Shown here piece by piece: positions 10,025-19,072 of a stretch of DNA of 64,000 bases. How positions within the stretch are numbered: position 1 is the stretch's first letter; each line of letters opens with the position of its first letter. Position numbers and translations under genes: made by a program. The notes under the pieces are model-generated. The model was not told the DNA's origin. It searched no databases and saw only the letters and a list, made by a program, of their open reading frames with translations. Source of the DNA: Deltaproteobacteria bacterium (lineage in GTDB: Bacteria > Myxococcota_A > Polyangia > Polyangiales > Ga0077539). The stretch spans positions 155,057 through 219,056 of the forward strand of contig JAUXYJ010000103.1 in NCBI GenBank assembly GCA_030694465.1. Direction: 5' to 3'.

Positions 10025-10423
10025 CTAGGGTGTATGCGACGCGAGACGCCACGCGTTTCCGATGCGCCGGATACACTGTTCGAGTGCAATTTCGCTCAGT
10101 GATTCTTGCTGAATCAACGGCAGCAGCGCACGCCAAGCCTCGGCCAACGTACGGACCGCTTCCGAGCGTCGCTGAAGACTCACCGGGAGCGAGCTCTCAC
10201 ATCGCCCCGCCCGCACCGCGAACCGCAAGCGATCTCGCACAATCTCTCGACGCAACGCCGCTTCAAAGCGCCGCTGCGCGTCACGCTCGCTGCCCACCGG
10301 GCCATCGTCTACCGCGCACGCAACAAGCGCACGGGCGGCCTCACGAGGGCGCTCAATGGGCTGCAATTCTGCAGGGCTACGCTGACATGCACACAACAGC
10401 ACCGCGAGCGCGACGGCCCTCAC
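10025..10423 (-). CDS. small hypothetical protein (possible secreted/lipoprotein)
   Basis: The GTG at 10423 overlaps the stop of the upstream gene (GTGA), suggesting translational coupling. The N-terminus is hydrophobic (AVALAVLLCAC). No known domain. Confidence 0.3.
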   Translation of the reverse strand: MRAVALAVLLCACQRSPAELQPIERPREAARALVACAVDDGPVGSERDAQRRFEAALRREIVRDRLRFAVRAGRCESSLPVSLQRRSEAVRTLAEAWRALLPLIQQESLSEIALEQCIRRIGNAWRLASHTP

Positions 10424-11808
10424 GGCCCCGCGTCCTCGGGGTGCATCACGCGCTCGGCGAGCTCGGGTCGACGCCCCATCGTGAGCCATCCCGCGAGCTC
10501 TTGTCGCTGAGCCTCTGCGTGTGCAACCACACTCCCCAACGCCGCGGACGCGAGGGCGGCGCGCAGGGGATCTCGGGAGTCTGCGCTCAGCCGTCGCGCG
10601 GCTTCAATGCCGGCCTCGGGGGCGACCGCGGCAGCCGTAGTCATAGCGATTCTGCAGGCCAACAGCGCATCGTCGGTCCACGACTCGCGCGCGTCGATTA
10701 ACGCATCGCAGGGTTGGCCCACGCCGCCGGTCTCAAACGCAAAGCTCGACGCGAGCGCTACGTCGCCCCACGCGCGGGCTCTGAGAAGGGCACGTCGGAC
10801 CGCGTTGCGCGCGAGGCCCGCGTTGCCTTGGGCCACGGCAGCACGCGCCTGCAGCATCAGCACGGCGGGGTCATCACCGCTCGCTGCGACCGCTGCCGCG
10901 AGGTCTTGTACGACGCCCTCGTGTACGCTCCCTCCGAGGCTCGCGCGCTGGAGCTGAGCCCGTGCCGCGAGGGGCACCGCGCCGTCGGGCCACGCGCGCA
11001 CAGCGCTGTCGACAAGGGCGAGCGCCGCAGCGCCATTCGATGCTGGATTTAGTGCGGCCGAAGCGTGCGCGGACTGCACCATCATCGCGCCCGAGATCGC
11101 CTCTGCAGTCATCGCGCGTGGCAGCGCATCGCTCACCGCGACGACGGTCCCATCGACGAGGTCAAGCGCGTGCCCCGCGACGACCACCACATAGCGCCCA
11201 AGCACGCCCGTCGGATCCGGCGGAACATCTCCACGCACGCTCCGCGTTCGCTGCGCAAACGTCACAGCGAGCCCTCGCGAGCGGCAGGCAACCGAGAGGG
11301 CGCGAGCGAGATCGAGCGACGAAAACCGCGCGCCCGCGGATGCAAGCGCGACCCCAAGCGCCTGCGTCTCACGCGAGGGTCCGACCTGGTCTGGGGTGAC
11401 AACGACGTGATGATTTGCAGTACGAATGCGTGACGCGAGCGCATCAAAGATCGCGCGAGCCCGTGCGAGAGAGCCGCTGGGAAGCGTCTGCGGGGCGAGG
11501 GCAGCGAGCGAGGGTGCCTCTGCGAGCGGCGCGGGCACATCGGCCACAGTGCTCGTGCGTCCCTCGTGTGAATCACGCGCGGTTGTGGCCGAGCGACTCG
11601 CGCGGAGCTTGGTCACGCTGAAGACAACCACCGCGGCCGCAGCGATGATCGCGAACGTGATCAGCACCCGCACGCGCTTCTCGCGCTTGCTCAACGGCGT
11701 GCGTTTGCTCTCGCGGACCTCCATAAGCCCGGTCGTTCGTAGGCACGCGGGACAGCGGATGGCCTCGTCGTCGGTCTGGGCTTGGCAATACGAACACTCA
11801 AGGGCCAT
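10420..11808 (-). CDS. zinc-ribbon / single-TM membrane protein with large Ala-rich extracytoplasmic domain
   Basis: N-terminal C-x2-C-x13-C-x2-C (CSYCQAQTDDEAIRCPAC), then a TM helix (VLITFAIIAAAAVVVFSV). There is a possible transglutaminase-like core (…ACRSRGLAVTF… GHALDLVDG), very tentative. Confidence 0.5.
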   Translation of the reverse strand: MALECSYCQAQTDDEAIRCPACLRTTGLMEVRESKRTPLSKREKRVRVLITFAIIAAAAVVVFSVTKLRASRSATTARDSHEGRTSTVADVPAPLAEAPSLAALAPQTLPSGSLARARAIFDALASRIRTANHHVVVTPDQVGPSRETQALGVALASAGARFSSLDLARALSVACRSRGLAVTFAQRTRSVRGDVPPDPTGVLGRYVVVVAGHALDLVDGTVVAVSDALPRAMTAEAISGAMMVQSAHASAALNPASNGAAALALVDSAVRAWPDGAVPLAARAQLQRASLGGSVHEGVVQDLAAAVAASGDDPAVLMLQARAAVAQGNAGLARNAVRRALLRARAWGDVALASSFAFETGGVGQPCDALIDARESWTDDALLACRIAMTTAAAVAPEAGIEAARRLSADSRDPLRAALASAALGSVVAHAEAQRQELAGWLTMGRRPELAERVMHPEDAGP

Positions 11809-11894
11809 AGGATTCTCTAAGGGCGTGTGTATCGCATGACGCCCGCGGGCGCAGCCCTCACCCGAGGGGTCCCAATGATACGATCTTCGGGGTA

Positions 11895-13040
11895 ATGGCT
11901 ACTCTTCGATCGAGCGCACGCGCGAGGCTGCTCTTGGGGGCCACCCTGATGGTGGGCTGCAGCGCAAACCCGTCGATGGACGCGTCTATGCCCGACAGTG
12001 GCAACGCAGAGACCGGCAGCAGCCCCGAAGACGTGAGAGACACTGGGCCTGACGTCACCCCGGCGCGCTGCTCAATACGGCCAGCGCCCATGGCATTTCG
12101 GCGCAATTTACCGTCGATTCAGCCCACGGACGCGACGCTGCGGATGAATCATTTGCAGGCCAAAGCCACACACAACAGCTACCATCTGCGCCCCGCCGTC
12201 GACCTCCCCGAGTGGGACTACGAGCACGCCCCGCTCCGCACACAGCTCATGGAGCAAGGGGTCAGGAGCGTCGAGTTAGACATCCACTACGACAGCGCGT
12301 GCAGGCAATTTGCCGTCTATCACGTCGCATCCCTCGACGAGCGCACCACGTGCAGGACGCTCTTTGAGTGCCTCCTTGCGCTGCGAGATTTCTCACAAGC
12401 CAACCCGGGGCATCACCCGATCTTTGTGCACATCGAGCCCAAAGACCCGCCATTGCTCATGGATGGCACGAGGTTCACTGCGCTCGAGGGCGAGATCACC
12501 GCGGTGTTTTCGCGCGATTGGATCATCACGCCGGACGAAGTGCGCGGGGCCTCTGCGACATTGCGCGAGGCGATTTCGACCCGAGGATGGCCCTCGCTCG
12601 AGACCACGCGCGGTCGCATTCTGTTCTATCTCGACGACCGCGCCGCGCCCAGAGAGACCTACTCGTCCGGGGGGCAACATCTCAACGGCAGGCTCATGTT
12701 TGTCGACAGCGCGCCCACCGATCCGGTCGCAGCCATCGCTGTGCTCAATGACCCGATCGCCGACGCCGAAGCGATCACGCGTGCGCTCGCCGCGGGGATG
12801 ATCGTGCGCACACGCGCCGACTCGGATCCTGCCATGGCCCGTAGCAACGGTGCCCCTCGCCTTGCGCGCGCGTTGGCCTCGGGCGCACAGCTTGTGAGCA
12901 CTGATTTTCCTGCGATGACCATGGGTACAGACTACGTAGCAAACATCCCCGAGGGCACTCCCTCGCGCTGCTCACCGGTCACCGCACCCGCGATGTGCAC
13001 CCCTGGCATGATCGAAGACCCCGCGCGACTCGCCCGCTGA
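11895..13040 (+). CDS. lipoprotein, PLC-like phosphodiesterase (PI-PLC X-domain-like)
   Basis: Lipobox LMVGCSA. It contains an HNSYH motif and a DIHYD…FAVYHV TIM-barrel phosphodiesterase-like region. The assignment is from motif memory only. Confidence 0.55.
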   Translation: MATLRSSARARLLLGATLMVGCSANPSMDASMPDSGNAETGSSPEDVRDTGPDVTPARCSIRPAPMAFRRNLPSIQPTDATLRMNHLQAKATHNSYHLRPAVDLPEWDYEHAPLRTQLMEQGVRSVELDIHYDSACRQFAVYHVASLDERTTCRTLFECLLALRDFSQANPGHHPIFVHIEPKDPPLLMDGTRFTALEGEITAVFSRDWIITPDEVRGASATLREAISTRGWPSLETTRGRILFYLDDRAAPRETYSSGGQHLNGRLMFVDSAPTDPVAAIAVLNDPIADAEAITRALAAGMIVRTRADSDPAMARSNGAPRLARALASGAQLVSTDFPAMTMGTDYVANIPEGTPSRCSPVTAPAMCTPGMIEDPARLAR

Positions 13041-13090
13041 AATCGCAGCCTCGCTTGTGCCACGCGTGCGACGTCTCTTAGTATGTTCGC

Positions 13091-15415
13091 ATGTCGTCTC
13101 GCCCTGCACGGATCCCATGGGCCGCGTTTTTTTCAGGACAAACGCGAGCTCCCCGAGGGCTCTTGCTCTCGCTCGTGATGCTCTCTGCGGGCTGCGCTGC
13201 AGGCGAAGAGGGCGTGGGCCAGCAGGTCGAAGGCATCGCGATCGCGGGTCCGTGGGTGGCGCCCGCGACGACGCGCGACATCGCCCGCACACAGCGCGTC
13301 TCGGTGGTGGATCCACCCACGGTGGCGCCGGCGGGACGCTGCACATCGAGCAACCCGTTTGCGTGCTCGTGCACACACCCAGCGTGCACACCCGCGCACC
13401 CTGGGACCAACGATTTGCGTGCGTATTTGCTGCGTAGATTCACGCGCATTCGCAACGGTGGGTCATACTGTTGCAGACAAAACAGCGCTGCCTTGGGCTC
13501 TCTCTCGGTGCACGCGATCGGTCGCGCGATGGACCTGATGGTGCCCATGACCGGCGGCGACGCAGACAACACGATCGGCGATGAGGTGGCCAACTGGCTC
13601 GTCGAGAACGCGAACTTCATCGGGATTCAGCGCGTCGTCTGGGATCGCGCATACTGGAACGGCGAGCGAGGTTTCGGGCTCTTGAGCTCTTCGTCGCTGC
13701 CCCACACCGACCACCTCCACGTTGAGCTAAGCATCGCGGGTGGGGCACGGCAGACTCCGTTCTTTACCTCGGGCGCCTCGATGGGCTCGGGCACATGCAC
13801 ACCACGCTGCAACGGCACCGATCTTATCGCAGCCAACTGCACCATCACACACTGCGGACTCGTCGGCGCGCCGTGTCTCGCGGGCCCTCCGCCTTCATGC
13901 GGAACCCCGCCTCCCCCAGAGCCCCCCGAGGCGGTCTTGGTCCCCGGCGCAGCGCTCCCCGCGGTCGCGCGATTGGGCGCAGTGGGTCGCGTCCGTTGGC
14001 TCACACCCCAGCGCATGTTTGACACGCGCACCGCTGCCGAGAGCACGCGCTTGACCCGCGGAGGCGGCGCAACGAGCGGCCCCGTCCTCGCAGCTCAAGG
14101 GGCGGTCTATCGCAACTGGACCGGCGCTGGTTTGCCCGCGGACGCGAGCACCGTGTGGATAAACAACACCGCGGTGCCCAGCACCCTGGGCGGGTTCTTG
14201 TCCGTCATCGGCACGGGACAAGCGCGCCCCGAGACCTCGAATCTTAACTGGGCTCCCATGCGCGTGGCTGCCAACGCCGCGGTGGTTTCGCTTGGAGATT
14301 CACAGGGAATCTCTTTCGCTCCCAACACAGACGTCGAGCTCATCAGCGATGTGTACGCCGCGTTTGCTCCCACCGGAGACAACCTCACCGCAGCGGGCCC
14401 CCTCCGTGTGTACGACACACGGTCCGCGTCGATGCCGCTGCTACCCAATACGCCACGCGCCATCGATGTCCGCGCACCCGCGACAGCCACGGGCGTCATC
14501 GCCAACATCGCCGTCATCGCTGGCGCCGCCGACGGGTTTGTCGTGCTTTATCCCTGCGGAATGCCCGTCCCTGGCACAAGCTCCGTGAACTTCACCGCGC
14601 AACGTGTTGTGTCCAACAGCGTGATGGTGCAGCTCGGGACCGATCGGCAAATCTGCGCACGCTCGACCTCCGAAGTGGGGCTCATCGTGGACGTCTCGGG
14701 CTACCTCTCGCCCACTGGGCTGTCCGCGTATCAGCCGCTGCGCCCCGTGCGAATGCTTGACACGCGCTCGGGGACGACCCGCTATCGCAACCGCCTCGCG
14801 GCGCGACAGACTCTTGAACTTCCCATCCAGAGCATGCCCGGAATGCCTGCCAATGTGCACGCCGTGGTCGCCAACATCACCGCGGTCAACACCGCGGACA
14901 ACGGGTTTGTCACTGCGTATCCATGCGGCGGAGGCGCGACGGCCCCAGGCACCTCGTCGCTCAATTACGGCGCGAGCGACGTCGTCAGTGGGCTCGTCGT
15001 CTCGCCAGTTACCAACGGATCACTCTGCCTCTTCTCTTTGGTCCGCACCGATCTGATTGTGGATTTGCAGGGTGTCTGGACCGGCGCAATGCCCGCGCCT
15101 CCCACCATGATGATGATGGGCGAAGACCCCGGAGATCCTCCCGATCTCAGCAATGATGGCGGCCTCGACGATGCCTCTGGGCCCACGCCCATGGACGCTG
15201 CGGGCGCAGACACGGGCACTGCCGAAGACGCATCAAGCCCTCCATTGCGAGACGCCTCGCCCGACGCTCGCCGCGGAAGCGAGCCCCTCGAAGCGCCCTC
15301 TGGCTGTGGCTGCCGCACAGTGAATCACGCGGGCGATCGATCGTGCTCGCTCTTGGCCTTCGGCGCGTTTGCCACGCTGATGGCAGCCCAACGACGCCGG
15401 CGACGTACGCACTAG
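13091..15415 (+). CDS. secreted LAS-superfamily (peptidase M15-like) metallopeptidase-domain protein with three ~110-aa YPCG repeats and MYXO-CTERM
   Basis: Signal peptide. SVHAIGRAMDL fits the S-x-H-x2-G-x-A-x-D zinc-ligand motif of VanY/M15 peptidases, and HTDHLHVEL provides a further His pair. There are three tandem repeats containing V..DTR…ANI(A/T)…GF(V/L)..YPCG…TSS.N(F/Y)…LIVD..GY. The C-terminus GCGC-RTVNHAGDRSCS…TM…RRRRRTH is MYXO-CTERM. Confidence 0.7.
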   Translation: MSSRPARIPWAAFFSGQTRAPRGLLLSLVMLSAGCAAGEEGVGQQVEGIAIAGPWVAPATTRDIARTQRVSVVDPPTVAPAGRCTSSNPFACSCTHPACTPAHPGTNDLRAYLLRRFTRIRNGGSYCCRQNSAALGSLSVHAIGRAMDLMVPMTGGDADNTIGDEVANWLVENANFIGIQRVVWDRAYWNGERGFGLLSSSSLPHTDHLHVELSIAGGARQTPFFTSGASMGSGTCTPRCNGTDLIAANCTITHCGLVGAPCLAGPPPSCGTPPPPEPPEAVLVPGAALPAVARLGAVGRVRWLTPQRMFDTRTAAESTRLTRGGGATSGPVLAAQGAVYRNWTGAGLPADASTVWINNTAVPSTLGGFLSVIGTGQARPETSNLNWAPMRVAANAAVVSLGDSQGISFAPNTDVELISDVYAAFAPTGDNLTAAGPLRVYDTRSASMPLLPNTPRAIDVRAPATATGVIANIAVIAGAADGFVVLYPCGMPVPGTSSVNFTAQRVVSNSVMVQLGTDRQICARSTSEVGLIVDVSGYLSPTGLSAYQPLRPVRMLDTRSGTTRYRNRLAARQTLELPIQSMPGMPANVHAVVANITAVNTADNGFVTAYPCGGGATAPGTSSLNYGASDVVSGLVVSPVTNGSLCLFSLVRTDLIVDLQGVWTGAMPAPPTMMMMGEDPGDPPDLSNDGGLDDASGPTPMDAAGADTGTAEDASSPPLRDASPDARRGSEPLEAPSGCGCRTVNHAGDRSCSLLAFGAFATLMAAQRRRRRTH

Positions 15416-15531
15416 ATCGCGCTTTGCGTGGTCTCGGCAGAGACTCTGATCGCGCGGAGTTCAGCGATTAGAGCGCGTGGACACACTACAACCACGAAGT
15501 TTCTGCGCGTCTGTGTCATGGTGGCGACGTC

Positions 15532-16020
15532 ATGGACGACGACGCACGCAACGAGACGATCCGCCGCGGACTCAGCACGCATGTGCCTGAAATCGCGCAA
15601 GGTATCGTGGTCATTCACAAGATTGTCTCTGGACAAAATCGCAGCAAAATCGCTGTCCGATCGACCAAGCCCACGGTGGATCCGGTCAAGACGTGCGCTG
15701 CCCATGGCGCCGCGGCGATCCACGCTCTCCAGCAGCAGCTCGGTTGCACGATGGACCTCGTCGCCTGGGGTGCCAACTGGTCCGACAACATCCGCAGCTC
15801 ACTTCTTCCGCTCAAATGCACAGGGATTGACCCCGGCGAGTTCGAAGGAGACCCAGTGAAAATCGAGGGGCCCTACATGCAATACGACGAGGGCCACCAG
15901 CTCAGCGAGCGTGAAGCGATGGTCGCGACCATCTTGTCCCTCGCGCGCACACTCACCGGCGAAGAGCTGATCTTCTCGACTCCCGTGCGGTGGCTCCTCG
16001 CGCCTGCCCCAAGAGGCTGA
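15532..16020 (+). CDS. hypothetical protein
   Basis: 162-aa ORF in a locally lower-GC (~55%) stretch. No recognisable domain. A competing antisense ORF (15412..15723) is less plausible. Confidence 0.3.
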   Translation: MDDDARNETIRRGLSTHVPEIAQGIVVIHKIVSGQNRSKIAVRSTKPTVDPVKTCAAHGAAAIHALQQQLGCTMDLVAWGANWSDNIRSSLLPLKCTGIDPGEFEGDPVKIEGPYMQYDEGHQLSEREAMVATILSLARTLTGEELIFSTPVRWLLAPAPRG

Positions 16021-16087
16021 GCGCAATGAGCTCGTACGCTCGCTTTTTTCTCTGCATTTTTGCGCTCTAACCGCGGTCTCGCCTGCA

Positions 16088-18427
16088 GTGTCGTCCCACG
16101 CGCTACCCTCTACGCCGACCTCGTTGGCAGCCCCCCGCAGCCAGCGCCCCTGCCCTGTGTGTCGCGCCCCGGTAGACGTCCTCCGCGCACCCTACGTCGC
16201 GCATCGCGCCGGACACTTTGCCTATTATTGCTCGTTCGCTTGTTTTGAGCAGCGTGCGGACGTGGAGGGATCTCTTCGCGGCTCGACGGCCACAAGCGAT
16301 CCGCTCGCGCGGCCACAGCGCGAGCCCGAGGACCTCGTCGAAGAGCCCCTGGTCCCTGATGATTTGCAGCTCGAAGCACCGAGCCCTGTCGTCGAAGACA
16401 GCGCGCCGTTGCTGTCACAGCCGCTCCCCGTGCTTGTGTCTTTTGTGGGCGAGCCCACGCTCGATGAGCTGCGGATCATGCTCGGAATTCGCAGCGTCGT
16501 AGAGTCGCAGAGCGAAGGCCCCGCGCAGATCCCTGATCTCGTCGAGCGCCGCGCCGAGCCGCTGATCCTCGCGCCCATCACGTGGGTCCCCCTCGGGGCC
16601 GCGGCACTTTGCACGGCGATCACGCTGATCGCGATGCTTAGTTCGTCCGGGATTTCGCTAGCATTTTCGTCAATCGCCGCGCTCGGCGCCCTCACGATCG
16701 CGGGCCGCACGCTCTGGAGTCTGCGCGTGCTGGCACATCCCTTGTGGTGGAGCACTCCCTTCGCCGCCTCGCTGCTCATGATCGCGCGCGCGTCGAGTGT
16801 TCACAGCGCTGGAACATCGCTGGCGCTCGCAGCCCTCTGCGCGAGCGTCTTGCCCCTGCGCGCGTGGTTTGTGCATCGCACAATGCACAGCGCGTTGGGG
16901 GCGCTCGATGCCCAGCAGCGATGGCTTCCGCTGACTGCACGCGTGATCCGCGGCGCCGCGTCTGAGCCGACGATCCTAGAGAGCAAGCAGGTCCGTGCAG
17001 GCGAAGAGGTTCTTGTCGACGCAGGCGAGCGCGTCCCGACCGATGGCGTTGTGCGCGAAGGCGAAGCGACCCTTGAGACGGGCTCTCACGCACGCACCGT
17101 GAGCGTCGGCCATTCGGTCCTCGCCGGAGCGTATGTGCGCACGGGCTCACTGCAATTGCTCGCGACGCGCGCGGGCGAAGACGCAGCCATCATGCGCGCG
17201 CGGGCCATTTTTGATGGGCGCGAAGAGCGTGGTGCGCTCCCGGCGACAGCGCGGAGCCTGCCCACCCTCGCGGTCATAACCGTGGCAATGGCCACCGCGA
17301 TCGCGCTCTTTGTGGCACCGCAAGACCCTCTGGCCACCTTGGCGCTCACGCTCGTCGCGCTGCCCTTGGGGCCACTGCGTGTGCTCTCTCGCGCCCCGTG
17401 GATGCACGCCGCAGCGCAATCTCTCTCGCGCGGAACGGTCTTTCGCGACCTCCCAGCCCTCACCCTCGCCTCGCGCGTCGGGATGCTCGTGCTCTCGGTC
17501 CGCGCCACGCTCACACGCGGAGTGTTCGAGCTGTGCGAGATCGTCTCGATGGGTCATTGGACCGAGAAAGAGCTCCTCGCCCTCGCCGCGGGCGCAGAGC
17601 AACAAGCCCCCGAGCACCCCATCGCGACGGCGATCCTTGACGCCGCGCGGGCCAGACAATTGCGGCCTGATCCTGTGCGCAGACCCATCCCGATGCCAGG
17701 CAAGGGCATCGTGGCGGCGACGTCGCTGGGTGCGCCTCTCGTGGTGGGCTCCCGTGCGCTCTTGATCGCAGAGGGCATCGCGGTGGCGCCAGGCGAAGAG
17801 CTCGCGCGCGCGATCGAAGCCCACGGGCGGCACGCGGTGTTTATCGCGGTGAGCGGTCGCCTCGAGGGGATCTTAGGTCTCGAAGATCGTCCACGTGAAG
17901 ACGCACGAAACACTGTCCAAACGCTGATAGATGCGGGCCTCGCGGTCGCCCTCGTCGGCGGAGAGAGCGCGAACACACTCGACGCCCTGGCCCTCTCGCT
18001 CGACGTCGCGCAGGTCCGCGCCGAGGTGAGTCCCGAGGACCGCCCCGCACAAATTCGCGCATTGGGAGAGCTCTCCGGCTACGTCGCCGTCGCAGGGCAT
18101 CCCGCGCTCGATGACCTCGCGCTCGGCGCCGCCGATGTCTCAATCGGGCTCGCCTCCGCAGGTGGGACCGGCGCAGAGTGCACCATCGCGCTCTCAGGCG
18201 ACGCGCTCCGAGACGCCTCCGACGCGCTCTTGCTCGCGCGGCGTGCACGCAAAGCCAGCCAGTCCATGCTCTGGACCCTGATGATCTCGGGTGTCTTCGG
18301 AGCCCTCGGCCGCACGCTAGGGTTCTCGCTCGCCATCGCCACACTCCTCGCGCTCGTCGTGCCCACCGTGGGCCTGTGGCTGGCCGGAAGATACACACTG
18401 CAAGATCAACCGAGTGAAGGCACCTGA
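16088..18427 (+). CDS. P1B-type (heavy-metal) ATPase homologue with degenerate catalytic motifs and N-terminal TRASH-like Cys motif
   Basis: N-terminal CPVC-x19-C-x3-C metal-binding-like motif. Topology and the conserved HP motif (PEHPIATAIL, cf. SEHPLA) match CopA-like pumps. The other catalytic motifs are degenerate: DKTGTLT is replaced by SVRATLTRG (no phosphorylatable Asp), TM6 CPC by LPL, GDGINDAPAL by AGHPALDDLAL, and TGES by ETGS. GTG start at 16088. Confidence 0.7.
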   Translation: MSSHALPSTPTSLAAPRSQRPCPVCRAPVDVLRAPYVAHRAGHFAYYCSFACFEQRADVEGSLRGSTATSDPLARPQREPEDLVEEPLVPDDLQLEAPSPVVEDSAPLLSQPLPVLVSFVGEPTLDELRIMLGIRSVVESQSEGPAQIPDLVERRAEPLILAPITWVPLGAAALCTAITLIAMLSSSGISLAFSSIAALGALTIAGRTLWSLRVLAHPLWWSTPFAASLLMIARASSVHSAGTSLALAALCASVLPLRAWFVHRTMHSALGALDAQQRWLPLTARVIRGAASEPTILESKQVRAGEEVLVDAGERVPTDGVVREGEATLETGSHARTVSVGHSVLAGAYVRTGSLQLLATRAGEDAAIMRARAIFDGREERGALPATARSLPTLAVITVAMATAIALFVAPQDPLATLALTLVALPLGPLRVLSRAPWMHAAAQSLSRGTVFRDLPALTLASRVGMLVLSVRATLTRGVFELCEIVSMGHWTEKELLALAAGAEQQAPEHPIATAILDAARARQLRPDPVRRPIPMPGKGIVAATSLGAPLVVGSRALLIAEGIAVAPGEELARAIEAHGRHAVFIAVSGRLEGILGLEDRPREDARNTVQTLIDAGLAVALVGGESANTLDALALSLDVAQVRAEVSPEDRPAQIRALGELSGYVAVAGHPALDDLALGAADVSIGLASAGGTGAECTIALSGDALRDASDALLLARRARKASQSMLWTLMISGVFGALGRTLGFSLAIATLLALVVPTVGLWLAGRYTLQDQPSEGT

Positions 18428-18476
18428 GGGCTGCTTAGGGTCGCAGCGATCGATTGGTGCTATACTTCGCCGCGTT

Positions 18477-19034
18477 ATGCTCGACGACGTTCTTCAGGAC
18501 CTGCAATCTTCAATTCACAAAGCCCACGAGTCACTGCGCACGCAGCTTGGGCGCCTTCGCACCGGGCGCGCGACCGCGTCGATGCTTGATTCGGTTCGCG
18601 TGGACTATTACGGCACGCCAACACCGATCAGCCAAATGGCCAACGTCCAGGTGCCCGAGCCGCGCTTAATCACGGTCAAAGCGTGGGAAAAAAACCAGGG
18701 CAAAGCGATCGACAAGGCCATCCGTGAGTCGGGCCTTGGGCTCAACCCACAGCTCGACGGTGACCTCGTCCGGATCCCCATCCCCGCGCTCACCGAAGAG
18801 CGCCGCAAAGACCTCGCCAAGCAAGCGCGCAAGGTCGGCGAAGAGTGCAAGATCGCCGTGCGTGAGGCGCGCCGCAACGCCAAAGAGCTCGTTGACACGC
18901 TTGTCAAGGACGGCGATGTCGGCGAAGACGAAGGCGAGCTCGCCTGGAAAAAGGCTGAAGAGCTCGTCGTGCACGGCAACAAGCAGGTCGACGAGATCGT
19001 CGCCGGCAAAGAGAAAGACATCATGACCGTGTGA
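18477..19034 (+). CDS. frr: ribosome recycling factor
   Basis: Full-length RRF-like sequence (MLDDVLQDLQ…RTGRA..SMLD.V.VDYYGT.TPI.Q.A.V.VPE.R…EIVAGKEKDIM). Confidence 0.95.
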   Translation: MLDDVLQDLQSSIHKAHESLRTQLGRLRTGRATASMLDSVRVDYYGTPTPISQMANVQVPEPRLITVKAWEKNQGKAIDKAIRESGLGLNPQLDGDLVRIPIPALTEERRKDLAKQARKVGEECKIAVREARRNAKELVDTLVKDGDVGEDEGELAWKKAEELVVHGNKQVDEIVAGKEKDIMTV

Positions 19035-19072
19035 AGTGCCTTGAGGACATCACACGGTGATAGCTTCTCTGT

